From NCBI GenBank assembly GCA_965262115.1, contig OZ253496.1, forward strand, positions 1,248,001-1,312,000: a stretch of DNA of 64,000 nucleotides, in the 5' to 3' direction. Positions within the stretch are counted from its first letter, which is position 1. Every line of letters starts with the position of its first letter. Under the pieces are notes generated by a model that saw only the letters and a list, made by a program, of their open reading frames with translations, was not told the origin of the DNA and made no database searches. The DNA comes from Nitrospinales bacterium. Lineage in GTDB: Bacteria > Nitrospinota > Nitrospinia > Nitrospinales > VA-1. Both the position numbers and the translations under genes were made by a program. This document shows, piece after piece, positions 1 to 10,643 of the stretch.

Positions 1-94
1 AAAATATTTGGAAGACGGTGAAAATATTCAGACCATCACTCTGAAAGCTCGCAATCTGGCGCTCGATCAACTGGTCAACCGCGAGAACCCATAG
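1..94 (+). CDS. 3' end of a gene entering the window; possibly a YhaO/SbcD-like nuclease, by context only
   Basis: Open frame 2-94 (KYLEDGENIQTITLKARNLALDQLVNRENP*) ends 8 nt before the YhaN-like ATPase gene. Confidence 0.4.
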   Translation, partial: KYLEDGENIQTITLKARNLALDQLVNRENP

Positions 95-102
95 GAAACG
101 CC

Positions 103-2792
103 ATGCAATTACGCGAAATTCATATTGACGGCTTCGGAATATTCGCCAATAAGCGGATCACCGGGCTGGCTCCCGGAATCAATATCATTTATGGCAAAAA
201 TGAATTTGGCAAGACCACCCTGCTCGAATTCATCCGGCGAATCCTGTTCGGGTTTCCCACCAAAAGGGATAACACCAACCTCTATACTTCCGTGCAGGGA
301 GGGTCGCTGGGCGGTAGTTTGAAGGTGATACTGCAAAACGGCGAGGGTCTGATCATTTCAAGGAGCCCCGGCACGCATGGAGGAATGGTGAGGATTTCTA
401 CACCCGGCGAAGTCCTGCAGGGGCAATCCGCTTTGAATCACCTTCTCGGAAACGCCTCCAAGGATATTTATAGAAATATCTACGCTTTCACCATTGATGA
501 ATTGCATGACTTCAACACTCTCAACAGCGATGAGGTCAAAAACCGCATCTATGGTGCTGGACTGGGTCTCGGCAATGTTTCGCTGAAAGAAATAGAAAAA
601 GAACTGGAAACTCACTGCAAGCAGATTTTTAAATCGCGTGCCCCTCGCAAATGGGAGACCTGCTGGAAAAAATAAAAACCAACGAGCAGGAAATTCTGCT
701 GACCCAGAAAAACCTGACTCTGTTTGACGAGTTGCAGGAAAAACTCGGCAGATTGCTGACAGAAAAACTCAGCGTGCAGAATTCCCTGGAAGACCTGGAA
801 TCGGGCAAAAGAACCCTGGAAACCCAGGTCCGGCTTTATGAAGACACCATCCAGTTCCTGGAAGCCAAAAATAAACTGGCAACACTGGAAGACCTCTCGC
901 AGTTCCCTGAAAATGGATTGAAGACTTTTGAGTCCATGAAGCAGGAAAAGAAAAACCTGATCCTGCGTATTGAAGAAGAACAGTCTGCCCTGCAAACGCT
1001 GAAAAATAACCGCGATGCCCTGACCGTAAACCATGACCTGCTTGGACAGGAAGAAAATGTTCATCGACTGCAACAGTCCACCCAATCCGTTCTATCTGCC
1101 CTGCAGGACCTGGACAGAGTGCAGTTCGAACGGGAAAACATGGACATGGATATTGCCGAAGAAATCAAATCCATCGACCGGGACTGGGATGAAAAAACCG
1201 TAATGGCTTTTGATTTAACAGAAGCGGAAAAAGGCCAGATCGACAGTTTTTATGACAGCTTTGAGAGTTTGAGAAAAGACCGGGACTTGTATCAGGACCA
1301 TCTGGAGAGCCACCGCAGGATAAAAGCTGAAAAAATGTCAGAAGGCTGGAACATTCCCGATTGGTTGAAATTATTTTATTACGGATTCACCGCAACCGGC
1401 GCATTGGGAGTGATTCTTAGTGGGTACTTTATGAACATCCCTCTTTTAGCCAGCGCCCTGCTTCTTATTGCCGGAGGTATCTTTCTTTTCAAGATGACCA
1501 CAAAAAGCACGGACGATTTCACCAAGGAAGACCTTACCGAGAAAAATCTTGCCCACCAATGGGAACAAAAAGAAAAAGAATTGAACGATAAGTTTGGTGA
1601 ATGGCGAGAGTGGCTGAAGGAACGGAGCCTGGATCCCAGCATTGCCCCCATCACCACAAAAAACATCGCCAAAACCGCCCGACAGGTCAAAACCATGCTC
1701 GCTCAGCGGGCAAGGCTCGATGAACGTATCCTGCAAATGAAAACCCTCTGCAAGGAAACCCGGGAAAGTGTTCTCTCACTCGAACCCATGGTTGAAAACG
1801 TTTCATTGAAAAATAACCTCCCTCTAAATATCGAGATCATCGGCCATGCTTTTGATGAGAGTAGAGCCAACCGGGGAAAAAGCAACCTGCTGGAAAACCA
1901 ATACCAGAATCAGGCCGACAAACTCACGCATCTTGAAAATCAACTGGAAAACATTTCCAACGACCTGGCACAGTTTATTCGTTCATCGGGAGCCGCAGAT
2001 TCTATGGATTTTCTGCGCAAGCAATCCATTCTGGATGTTCGAAAATCCCTGCAAGAAAAAATCGCGCAGAAACGCGGAATCATTCAATCCAATATCGGGC
2101 TGGGCTCGCATTTCGATAAATTTATTAAAGCCATACAAACCGCTCCGCTTGAAGAAATCAAACAAAAGCTAAGCCGTCTTCAGGTTGAGCTGAAAGAACT
2201 GCACGGCGGCCGCGAACAATTGTTACAGAACATCGGCGAAACCCGCAACGAAATTGAAAAATTGGCCTCCAACAACGACTTGATCGCAAAACAAACGGAA
2301 CTGGAGTTTCTGAAACAACAACTGCAATCCCTAGGGCAAGAGTGGGCCGCTTACCGTGGGGCTCTGGTTCTCCTTGATGCCGCCAAGCAGGAATATGAAA
2401 AAACCCGGCAACCCGAGGTGATCCGCTCAGCGGAAAACCTGTTCACTCAAATCACCGGTTACCGTCGCATTATCAAAACCATCAATCAGGATGAAGTGCT
2501 GATAGAAAACGACCAGCATCAGAGAAAAGGAGTGCTGGAAATGAGCCGGGGAACCCGCGAACAACTCTATCTGGCCATGCGGTTCGGCCTGATTAATGAA
2601 TATGAAACCCGCTCCGAACCGCTCCCTGCGGTGATGGACGATATCTTAGTGAACTTTGATGATGAACGCAATGAACGCATCATAAAAATTCTCAGCAAAT
2701 TCAGTAAACAGCGACAGGTCCTGGCCCTCACCTGCCACAAACGCTCCCTCAAAGCCTACAAAGACATCGGCGCTACTACTATTACGGTCTAA
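103..2792 (+). CDS. YhaN/AAA_27 SMC-like coiled-coil ATPase, split by an apparent 1-nt frameshift near 630-650
   Basis: N-terminal ORF has IDGFG and Walker A GKNEFGKTT; C-terminal ORF has the signature MSRGTREQLYLAMR and Walker B MDDILVNFD; the ORFs overlap at 651-675. Confidence 0.85.
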
Positions 2793-2850
2793 CCAGGCCA
2801 ACCACGCCGACAAGCCGCAGGGAACGTGTTGGAGAACAAGCAAAAAACAA

Positions 2851-3696
2851 ATGCAGGTGTGGCTGAAGGGAAACCGCATTTTCTTTCCTCTGGGAGGTAA
2901 AAGTGTTCCGCGGCTAAAGCGTTATTTGAAAGAGGTGCAACAAGGCATAGTTCCTTTGACCATCTGGACTTATGATGAGGTAGGACATACGGATGGCACC
3001 CGTAAACTCCTGAAGGAGATTTTCAGCGACCAGCAGTTACCCTTCGACAACCCGAAGGCGTTGGGATTGTTGCAGAGAATATTAACCATAGCGGCGGATA
3101 AAAACGCTATCATTCTCGATTCCTTCGCCGGTTCCGGCACCACTGCCCACGCCGTCCTCGCACTGAATAAAGAAGACGGCGGCAACCGCAGGTTTATTCT
3201 GGTGGAGTGTGAGGATTACGCCAGCAAAATCACCGCCGAGCGTGTTCGCCGCGTGATAAATGGTGTGCCAAAAGCAAAAGATGAAAACCTGAAAAATGGG
3301 CTTGGTGGCAGTTTTGCCTATTGCACCTTGGGCGAGGAAATGAGCATTGAAAAAATGCTCACGGGCAAGAACCTGCCGGACTACGAAACACTGGCCCGCC
3401 ATCTGGTCTATATGGCAACCGGGCAATCGCCGGACAAACTCCGCAAAGCCAAAGGAAAAGACGGGTTTTTCCATGAAACCAAAGACCGACTGTTCTACCT
3501 CATCTATGAACCGAACCTTGATTTTCTGCGTAGCATGGGTTCCGCCCTGAACAGCATCCGCGCCGAACGCATTGCCAAACAAGTAAAGACAAAAAATAAA
3601 ACCGCAGTGGTGTTCGCCACCCACAAGTTTATCGGGCAGAAAGAATTGACGGAAATGGGGATCGTATTTTGCGGCTTGCCGTATGGTACATTATGA
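2851..3696 (+). pseudogene. Type III R-M Mod (DNA methyltransferase), C-terminal part only
   Basis: PLTIW...FDNPK, ILDSFAGSGTTAHAVL, DGGNRRFILVE motifs; no catalytic DPPY N-terminal half. Confidence 0.8.
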
Positions 3697-3765
3697 TAAA
3701 CGGCGGTGAGCGAAGATATAGCAGGCAACCCAAACTACTTATGATCAATATACCGAGAGGCAATC

Positions 3766-4830
3766 ATGACCAACATACTTGCTAATTCACAGATAGACCT
3801 AAATCGAGTTAAAGGTTTACTAGATAAAGGCAGACCTCCGGTTTACAGGAAAGCATATAGCGATAGAACCGCTTGGGCTATGGCTTGTCTGTCGGAATTA
3901 GCCTATATCAGATTCAATCCGATCTTTTCCCACGATCAACATAAAAAGCATTTTCTCGATAATTTATCGAAATTGATTGATGAAAATAAGCAATCGTCTC
4001 TACTCAAATTAATTGATTTGCTAGGATATGACCATCTCGCAGAGAAGAAAAAGCTAAACACGGAATTGGATGTTTTAGGAGTCAATCTTATTGAAACATT
4101 TGACAGCAATGGAACTCAAGCCATATTAGTCTCAAATGATACGTTCATTGCCTTAGCATTTCGGGGTACTGAGGCGACGAGCATAAAAGACATTAAATCA
4201 GATATGAAAGCACAAACCATGCAATGTGAAACAGGCGGGAAAATTCACACCGGATTTAAGAAGGCCTTTGACGAGGTAGCCTTGGATATTCAAAACACGT
4301 TAAATGAAGAGGCATTAAGAGCCAAGCCTTTATTTATCACCGGGCACAGCTTAGGTGGCGCGTTGGCGACTGTTGCCGCAAAAAAATTGTCACATAAAGG
4401 CGGTATCGCCGCGTGTTACACCTTCGGATCACCGAGAGTGGGCGATGAGGAATGGATAGCTGATATCAAGACACCTGTCTACAGGCTGGTTAATGCGGCT
4501 GATTGCGTGACCATGTTGCCACCTGGGACAGAACTTATGACCATGTTTAGCTGGATATGTCAATTTATTCCATCAGTCGGGGAAGCCATTAGCTCCAAGG
4601 TATTAAAATTAAGCGGCTATATCCATGGTGGCAATATGCGATACCTGACAAACTGCTCTAGTGGTCAATATAATGATGTAAGACTGCTGTATTCTGTAGG
4701 GTTCCTGTACAGAATAAAAGGATGGGTAATGAAGAAGCTGCCATGGGGGAAATTTCTTTCAGATCATTCCATAACAGTATACAGAAAAAAACTTATGGTC
4801 ATTGCGGAAAAACGCAATCAGACAATATAG
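3766..4830 (+). CDS. Lipase class 3 (alpha/beta hydrolase)
   Basis: AFRGTE, IHTGF, nucleophile motif TGHSLGGALA, YTFGSPRVG, D(C)V-LP and C-terminal DH. Confidence 0.9.
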   Translation: MTNILANSQIDLNRVKGLLDKGRPPVYRKAYSDRTAWAMACLSELAYIRFNPIFSHDQHKKHFLDNLSKLIDENKQSSLLKLIDLLGYDHLAEKKKLNTELDVLGVNLIETFDSNGTQAILVSNDTFIALAFRGTEATSIKDIKSDMKAQTMQCETGGKIHTGFKKAFDEVALDIQNTLNEEALRAKPLFITGHSLGGALATVAAKKLSHKGGIAACYTFGSPRVGDEEWIADIKTPVYRLVNAADCVTMLPPGTELMTMFSWICQFIPSVGEAISSKVLKLSGYIHGGNMRYLTNCSSGQYNDVRLLYSVGFLYRIKGWVMKKLPWGKFLSDHSITVYRKKLMVIAEKRNQTI

Positions 4831-4834
4831 GAAA

Positions 4835-5138
4835 ATGCAACTCAAAAACTACCAGCAACAAGCCATTGAGCAGTTAGACCGCTGGCTTGACGCGCTCAAG
4901 GACGCACGGCTGAAAGGTGAAAAAGTGGGCAAAGTCCTTGAGGAATCTGGGGTTGATGTTCCCGAAACATTAAAAAAATTATCCGAGTGCCGCATGGCGA
5001 GAATTGAAAGACCAAAACAGCCTCCCCGGTATTTCACAAGACGGTAATATCGCAATTCCCGAATACATCTCCCGCACTGCGGCATCCGGTGAACCAATTC
5101 CGCATGTCTGCCTGAAAGTGCCGACCGGCGGCGGCAAG
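4835..5138 (+). pseudogene. Type III R-M Res subunit N-terminal fragment (frameshifted and truncated)
   Basis: MQLKNYQQQAI..., frameshift at the A7 run ~4972-4978, then PHVCLKVPTGGGK (Walker A), after which the sequence becomes a repeat. Confidence 0.8.
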
Positions 5139-5145
5139 TTCAAAT

Positions 5146-5219
5146 ATCTGTTTCTTGCGGACAAAAGTGTTGGTTGCTAATCGGGCTATTGCCCAATTGC
5201 TTCCCACGCTAGTGGGTGG
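5146..5219 (+). repeat. Partial copy of the ~99-bp dispersed repeat unit
   Basis: TTGCGGACAAA...GGGCTATTGC...CCCACGCTAGTGGGTGG aligns with the unit at 39993-40068. Confidence 0.65.
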
Positions 5220-5231
5220 TATAAATGGAGC

Positions 5232-6545
5232 ATGGCACTACAACTTTTGTCACGAATTTTTTTAGCGTTTTGGGTGGGGTTCTTATTTATTCCACCTCCT
5301 GCTACCGCTAACGCGTTTCACTACCTCCTTGAAGAAAAGCAGGCGCTGGAAAAACAATTCGGCGTACAAACGCTTGAGTGTTTCCCTTTTATAAAGAAAA
5401 TAGGTTTCACGGAAGACCAGATTCCACTTATCAAACAGTGCCTGACCGGCACTCGTATCTTGAAGGAAGCTTTCGTCAATTCCAGAAATTCCACTTATAA
5501 AGTTATTGGCATCAGCAATCAGTTTTTAAAAACTGCCGGGTTTCACACCATCTTGATCCCCTGGAACGCCACTAAAGATGAAATTATTCAATTCCTAAAC
5601 AATCGGCCAAGTCATGAAGAGCAAACAGCCTTCCTGGATAAAATCCGTGGATTGAAACAGGACATTTCCAGAAAGCTCAAGATAAAACAGTTTTATTGTT
5701 CGCAGGAAATTTCCAACAACGATTGCTTGAATGGATACGAAAATCTGGCCGCGATGAGACTCCCCGATAGACTCAAAACCATCGGCTGGCAGGAAATCGT
5801 CATCACTCACTCCCACACTGCGCCGGACAGTCCTAGAAAACTGATTCTGGGCTTTAACGATTCTCCTGCCAAGATGAGGGAGCACCTGCTAAAAGATCCG
5901 TTTAAGACTTGGAATCCCCGGCAAAAAATGTATGAAAAAATTCAGGAAAAATATGGCACGGTTTTTAAAAACAAACTGCAATTGGAAAATCTGATCTGCG
6001 CTGTAGATATTTCAATGGACGAATGCGAACAGGGAGCCAGCAACCTTGCCCAAGCCAGCCAGAGCACCGATTTCAGGATGCGGCATTGGGGACAGGTTAC
6101 CCTCAACCGCTACAACACGCTTATTCAGGACGATTTTCACGCCTTCATCCGGTACGATCTACCGCCGGAAGAAATCCGGAAATATTTTTCCCGCAAGGCG
6201 CTCAAAACCCAGGCAGCGAAAAAAACTACGTTGGCTGTAAAACTTGAAGGGCAAACCAAAAATAATTCGACTCAACTAAGAGCGGTCTGCGATCTGGAAG
6301 GTCTGCGGTCATATCTTTGCGCCAGTTCTTTCGAAACCTTCATTCGCTTCGTGAAGAAGAACCGCGACTACCGGGTGCAAGCGCCTTGGGACACCCTCAT
6401 GTTTGTCGATGGCATGCAACTGGACAGGGTCAACTTCGCCCTTAATTCCAGTTCCCGCAACACCTACCTCTATATAGATGCCAACAGCGATGACACGCAA
6501 CTGGCCGCCTACCTGAACCAGCGGCGAGCCGTCGCTACCAAATAG
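5232..6545 (+). CDS. Secreted hypothetical protein with repeated Cys pairs
   Basis: 437-aa ORF, signal-peptide-like N-terminus, four spaced C...C motifs. Confidence 0.8.
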   Translation: MALQLLSRIFLAFWVGFLFIPPPATANAFHYLLEEKQALEKQFGVQTLECFPFIKKIGFTEDQIPLIKQCLTGTRILKEAFVNSRNSTYKVIGISNQFLKTAGFHTILIPWNATKDEIIQFLNNRPSHEEQTAFLDKIRGLKQDISRKLKIKQFYCSQEISNNDCLNGYENLAAMRLPDRLKTIGWQEIVITHSHTAPDSPRKLILGFNDSPAKMREHLLKDPFKTWNPRQKMYEKIQEKYGTVFKNKLQLENLICAVDISMDECEQGASNLAQASQSTDFRMRHWGQVTLNRYNTLIQDDFHAFIRYDLPPEEIRKYFSRKALKTQAAKKTTLAVKLEGQTKNNSTQLRAVCDLEGLRSYLCASSFETFIRFVKKNRDYRVQAPWDTLMFVDGMQLDRVNFALNSSSRNTYLYIDANSDDTQLAAYLNQRRAVATK

Positions 6546-6793
6546 CAACAACTGTAACGGTTATTTTGACATCTTCATTAATTTTGATTCTTTCGCCAAT
6601 TTTTCGGGTGAGAACAAGCATGGGCGGGGTCCGTTCCAGGTTTGCTTATAAGGAAAGCTGATAAAAATCTATTACAAACTCCATTATAGCAAAAAAGCTC
6701 TGAAAAAATAATAATTTACAGCCCCAATCCCAATTGACAGGGTTGGGGCGATTGTGTTAATTTTCGCTCTTTTGATTGCAACAAAATCGTGTT

Positions 6794-6869
<76 letters not shown>

Positions 6870-7492
6870 CTTTTTCTTTGCCGGTCAAACCTGCCCCCCA
6901 CGATTACTCCTTTGCGTTACCACTTTTTTTACTCTCAATCCAACTAGGGAAGTTTCCAATAGGTTTGCTTCGCAAGGCAGACTTTAGGATCGCCAGGGAT
7001 ATAATTCCCTGACAAAATATCAACTCGGTTGTAGTTCCCTCTCTCACCCCGGTATGCTACAATCCGGTGATACGGAAGACCCTTTAGAAAAGGTAGTCGC
7101 TGATGACTCCAACGAGCAAGTTAAGCCAGCGTGCTAAACAACCGGCGACAAAACCTTCGTCCAATGGATTTGCGAAAATCGCACAACCGATTTCTGGAAT
7201 CTCAGCACGCCGGCGTGGGCTTTGCTGATCCCTGCGAAAGACACCAAAAGCGGAACGGACGAAATGATAAAGTGGTCGCTGGACATGGCAGAACTTACAG
7301 AGTGGACAAAAAAAGCGCAGGCCGCGGCAAAAGAAAATCAAAACTTGGGATATGATAAATGAACGAACTATCGCAAAGATCAAACAGCGAAAAACGATAC
7401 GGCGGAGTCCCAAAACCCTCGGTTGGGGCATTCTCGAAACACTCAAACATTATCTCAGTAAAGAACAATCATTAAATCAAAAGTAACGCAAA

Positions 7493-8041
7493 ATGGGATA
7501 CAGGTTATTCGCCAACATGTTTTCATACCATGCTTGTATTGTTTGTGGGCGAGAAATTAAAGCTCATTACACCAGATGTTACCGGTGCAATGAGGCTCGA
7601 AAACGTGGTGGATGGCATAACCCAGAAGATCATTCCGTTTTTGAAAATTCTGATGCACAGCATAACCGCCCATTCTATGTTTACATTCTTGAAACCGATT
7701 ACGGACATTATGTCGGGCACACAGGAAATATAGAAGCCCGGATTCGCACACATTTAGCAAACGGTTCACCTCAGACTGCTAGCGGCTATCTAACGAAAGT
7801 ATGGCAATCAAGCCCATTTAAAACACGCGAAGCCGCCGCCCATTATGAGGCTGTGCTTAAGTGCTGGCGCGACAAAAGAGACTATCAGTTCGAAGAAAAA
7901 ACCAAAATGAAACCGAAGCCATTTAAAAACCCAAACATTGTCCGACACGAAGCTGCTGACGGCTGGGTAGCAAGTCTATTCACAATTCTTATCACATGTA
8001 TTTTACTGTTTCTATTTCTGGCATTTATTTTTAAGCTATGA
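7493..8041 (+). CDS. GIY-YIG nuclease-domain protein with an N-terminal CxxC-CxxC motif and a C-terminal TM helix
   Basis: FYVYILE...YVGHTGNIEARIRTH and REAAAHYE; CIVC...CYRC; hydrophobic C-terminus. Confidence 0.75.
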   Translation: MGYRLFANMFSYHACIVCGREIKAHYTRCYRCNEARKRGGWHNPEDHSVFENSDAQHNRPFYVYILETDYGHYVGHTGNIEARIRTHLANGSPQTASGYLTKVWQSSPFKTREAAAHYEAVLKCWRDKRDYQFEEKTKMKPKPFKNPNIVRHEAADGWVASLFTILITCILLFLFLAFIFKL

Positions 8042-8065
8042 TGAACAAAAACCCGGTTTAAAACT

Positions 8066-8251
8066 ATGGAATTGCTTAAAGAAATCGACACCATTATCGA
8101 GGAAGTGAAAGAGGAGGCGGAAAATTTAAAGGCCGCCGAATCTCCTGCGGAGGAAGTCGAAGCGTTAAAGGAAATGTTGGACGCCCTGATGCGGGGCGCC
8201 CGCCAGGTGCAGGAAAAAATAGACCAATATAACGACCGCCGGTATCGTTAA
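8066..8251 (+). CDS. Small acidic helical hypothetical protein
   Basis: 61-aa ATG ORF with protein-like composition. Confidence 0.7.
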   Translation: MELLKEIDTIIEEVKEEAENLKAAESPAEEVEALKEMLDALMRGARQVQEKIDQYNDRRYR

Positions 8252-8285
8252 CAACCCTGCTCTGTTCTTAAAGAAACCTTTTTTA

Positions 8286-9167
8286 TTATTCCAGTTCCAA
8301 CCTCTTTAAATTCGGCAGGCTCGGATTTTTGGCGATCTCATCGGCTTTTTCCAGATCAATCTCGTTGCGCACCAGAATGAGCATCTCCAGACTCTTGAGA
8401 TTTTTGGATTGCAATAGAGCCTTCATTCCCTTTGTGGTGATGCGGTTGTTATAAAGATCCAGCCTTTTCAGGTTGGAAAATTGAGGAGAGTTGGCAATCG
8501 CCAAAGCTCCACGGTCACTGATCTCGTTGGCACTAAAATCTACAAAGGTCAAGGCTGAAGAATTTTCCGATGCGGCCAGTGCCTCCACCCCTTCATCGCC
8601 TATCTGGTTGCGGGTCAGCTTGAGTTCCTTCAGGTTCTTCATATTGGGCGACTCGGCAATCATCTTTGCTCCTTGTGCAGAAACCTTGTTGCCCCACAAA
8701 GAAAGATTCTCGGTATGCTTGAAGGTTTCCGATGTGGTGAGAATACGCACTCCTTCATCCCCCAACTTGTTTCCCTGCAACGCCAGAGACCTCACATTTT
8801 TCAATTCCGGCATGTCAGCGAGAATCTGCATCCCCTTCACACCGATCAATGACCGGTTTAAATTGATCTTTGTGCCCTCCTGATCCAACTTCCCCATGAT
8901 GTGAGCCGGGATATCTGCAGGCGGCCCCTTTGGTCGGCCATAACCATGTCCGCTATGTTTTCCCCCGCCACCATGTCCTTTTTTTGCCGCATCATCAGGG
9001 CCACCGTGTTGTTCCGAATCATGCTGGTTGCCTTCATGAGGCGAATGATTCCCCGCCCCAATTGCGGGTAGAGACCAGACCAACCAACCCAATACCAAAA
9101 CTCCCTGTACTACTTTTTTATGAATCAACACGATAAAATTCTCCTTTTTTATTTCGAGGCCACGCAA
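8286..9167 (-). CDS. Leucine-rich repeat protein (RI/GALA-like), probably exported; start uncertain
   Basis: Tandem LxxLxLxxNxIGDEGxxxLA repeats; His/Gly-rich linker after a hydrophobic N-terminus. Confidence 0.88.
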   Translation of the reverse strand: MRGLEIKKENFIVLIHKKVVQGVLVLGWLVWSLPAIGAGNHSPHEGNQHDSEQHGGPDDAAKKGHGGGGKHSGHGYGRPKGPPADIPAHIMGKLDQEGTKINLNRSLIGVKGMQILADMPELKNVRSLALQGNKLGDEGVRILTTSETFKHTENLSLWGNKVSAQGAKMIAESPNMKNLKELKLTRNQIGDEGVEALAASENSSALTFVDFSANEISDRGALAIANSPQFSNLKRLDLYNNRITTKGMKALLQSKNLKSLEMLILVRNEIDLEKADEIAKNPSLPNLKRLELE

Positions 9168-9970
9168 CGAAACCCAATATAATTTTTTTTCTGATCTGGA
9201 AACGCTTTACCACGAACCGCAGGGCGAGCCAGGTCCAAATTGGAATTCCACGATCCGCCCTTGATCACTTTAAATTTTTCGCCGTAGAAATCGTTCGAAT
9301 GTTCGTTATCCGGATGCGGTTGATACCAGTTTTCAGTCCACTCCCAGACATTGCCTGACATGTCCATCACCCCATAAGGGCTGGCCCCTTCCGGAAATTT
9401 GCCTCCCGGACTGGTATTGCGATAACTGTCCCCCTTGCCACGAATATTGGTATTGAGCGCATCCGCTTCGTTGCCCCAGGGATAATGCCATTTATCGGTG
9501 CCCCGTGCCGCCTTTTCCCATTCCGCTTCTGTTGGCAGACGTTTCTTCGCCCAACGGCAATAATCTTTCGCATCCTGCCAGGAAACACTCACCACCGGCT
9601 GGCGAGGATGGTTCAAACGTGAATTCTCAAACTCACGTGGAGGCGGCTTGCCCGTGGCTTCCATATATACCGCGTAATCCCTAAAGGTGACCTCATACTT
9701 GTCAATCTGGAATGTGGGCAGAGTCACACTATGCGCCGGGGTTTCATCGCGGTACCAGTCCAGCGATTCGGAATGAAATTTCTTCACCGCCCACAGGATA
9801 TCTTCCTCAGAACTTCCCATTATGAAGGGACCTTCAGGAACCTGAACCATCTCCCCCGCTTCCGCCTTTAAAATTCCGGTGACACCGGGACCTAAAAGTG
9901 GAAAAACCAACAGAAACAACCAAGTCTTGAATACAGAATTTTTAAGGGTTTTTTCAGAACCCACTTTCAT
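9149..9970 (-). CDS. Formylglycine-generating enzyme (SUMF1/FGE-sulfatase) family protein
   Basis: FIMGS, KYEVT, PVVSVSW, RLPTEAEWEKAARG, DMSGNVWEW, GFRC motifs. Confidence 0.92.
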   Translation of the reverse strand: MKVGSEKTLKNSVFKTWLFLLVFPLLGPGVTGILKAEAGEMVQVPEGPFIMGSSEEDILWAVKKFHSESLDWYRDETPAHSVTLPTFQIDKYEVTFRDYAVYMEATGKPPPREFENSRLNHPRQPVVSVSWQDAKDYCRWAKKRLPTEAEWEKAARGTDKWHYPWGNEADALNTNIRGKGDSYRNTSPGGKFPEGASPYGVMDMSGNVWEWTENWYQPHPDNEHSNDFYGEKFKVIKGGSWNSNLDLARPAVRGKAFPDQKKNYIGFRCVASK

Positions 9971-9971
9971 C

Positions 9972-10069
9972 TGCGGGGTACCTCCGCTAGTAACTTGCAA
10001 TGGTTTTATCTGTGGGCAAACGGTCTTTCGGCCCAACTAGCTATTGCTAGCTGCCCCCACGGCTAGTGG
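9972..10069 (+). repeat. ~99-bp dispersed repeat unit overlapping the leuD 3' end
   Basis: GCGGGG-TAC-CTCCGC hairpin ... TCGGCCCAAC ... CCCCACGGCTAGTGG hairpin; aligns with 35832-35926 and 39966-40064. Confidence 0.75.
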
Positions 10070-10628
10070 ATGGGATCATTCCCGTTTTCCGGGCATACTC
10101 AAAAATATCACCCGCTTCGATAATCTCAATCACCTCACCCAGCGATTTCAACCCATAAGTTTTACTGGCGGAACGGTTGGTGAGGGTACTTGCATTCAAA
10201 TCAATGACCAGATCATCCCCCGTTTTGATCTCTTCGACCATGCGTGTGACACATTCAAACGGAATGAAGAATCCACCATCCACCGAATTGCGGTAAAAAA
10301 TACGCGCGTACGATTCCGCAACGACCGCACGAACCCCGGCGATCTCCATACAAGCCGGAGCATGCTCGCGGGAGGACCCGCAACCAAAATTTTTCCCGCC
10401 TACGATGATGGAATATTTCGACTCGCTCTGCCCATTTTCAGTAAAAGGAACTTTTCCATCCGGCAGGCCTGCCTGGTCAACAGGCACTCCTGACAAAGCA
10501 AACTTGCCATAGTTCTTGCGTTCTTCAGGGTCACTCAAGCTGTACACCAGATGCTCGGCGGGAATGATCTGATCCGTATCAATATCATTGCCCAGGACAT
10601 AGGCAATACCTTCAATCACTTTATCCAT
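10047..10628 (-). CDS. leuD: 3-isopropylmalate dehydratase small subunit
   Basis: DIDTDQIIPAEHL, NFGCGSSREHAP, AESYARIFYRN. Confidence 0.92.
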   Translation of the reverse strand: MDKVIEGIAYVLGNDIDTDQIIPAEHLVYSLSDPEERKNYGKFALSGVPVDQAGLPDGKVPFTENGQSESKYSIIVGGKNFGCGSSREHAPACMEIAGVRAVVAESYARIFYRNSVDGGFFIPFECVTRMVEEIKTGDDLVIDLNASTLTNRSASKTYGLKSLGEVIEIIEAGDIFEYARKTGMIPSTSRGGS

Positions 10629-10643
10629 TTTGTTTTTATGGTT

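Noticed and set aside
103..4830. Lamassu-like system (SMC ATPase plus lipase)
   Set aside because: The ATPase is YhaN-type with internal TM segments and is separated from the lipase by the mod remnant; adjacency looks incidental
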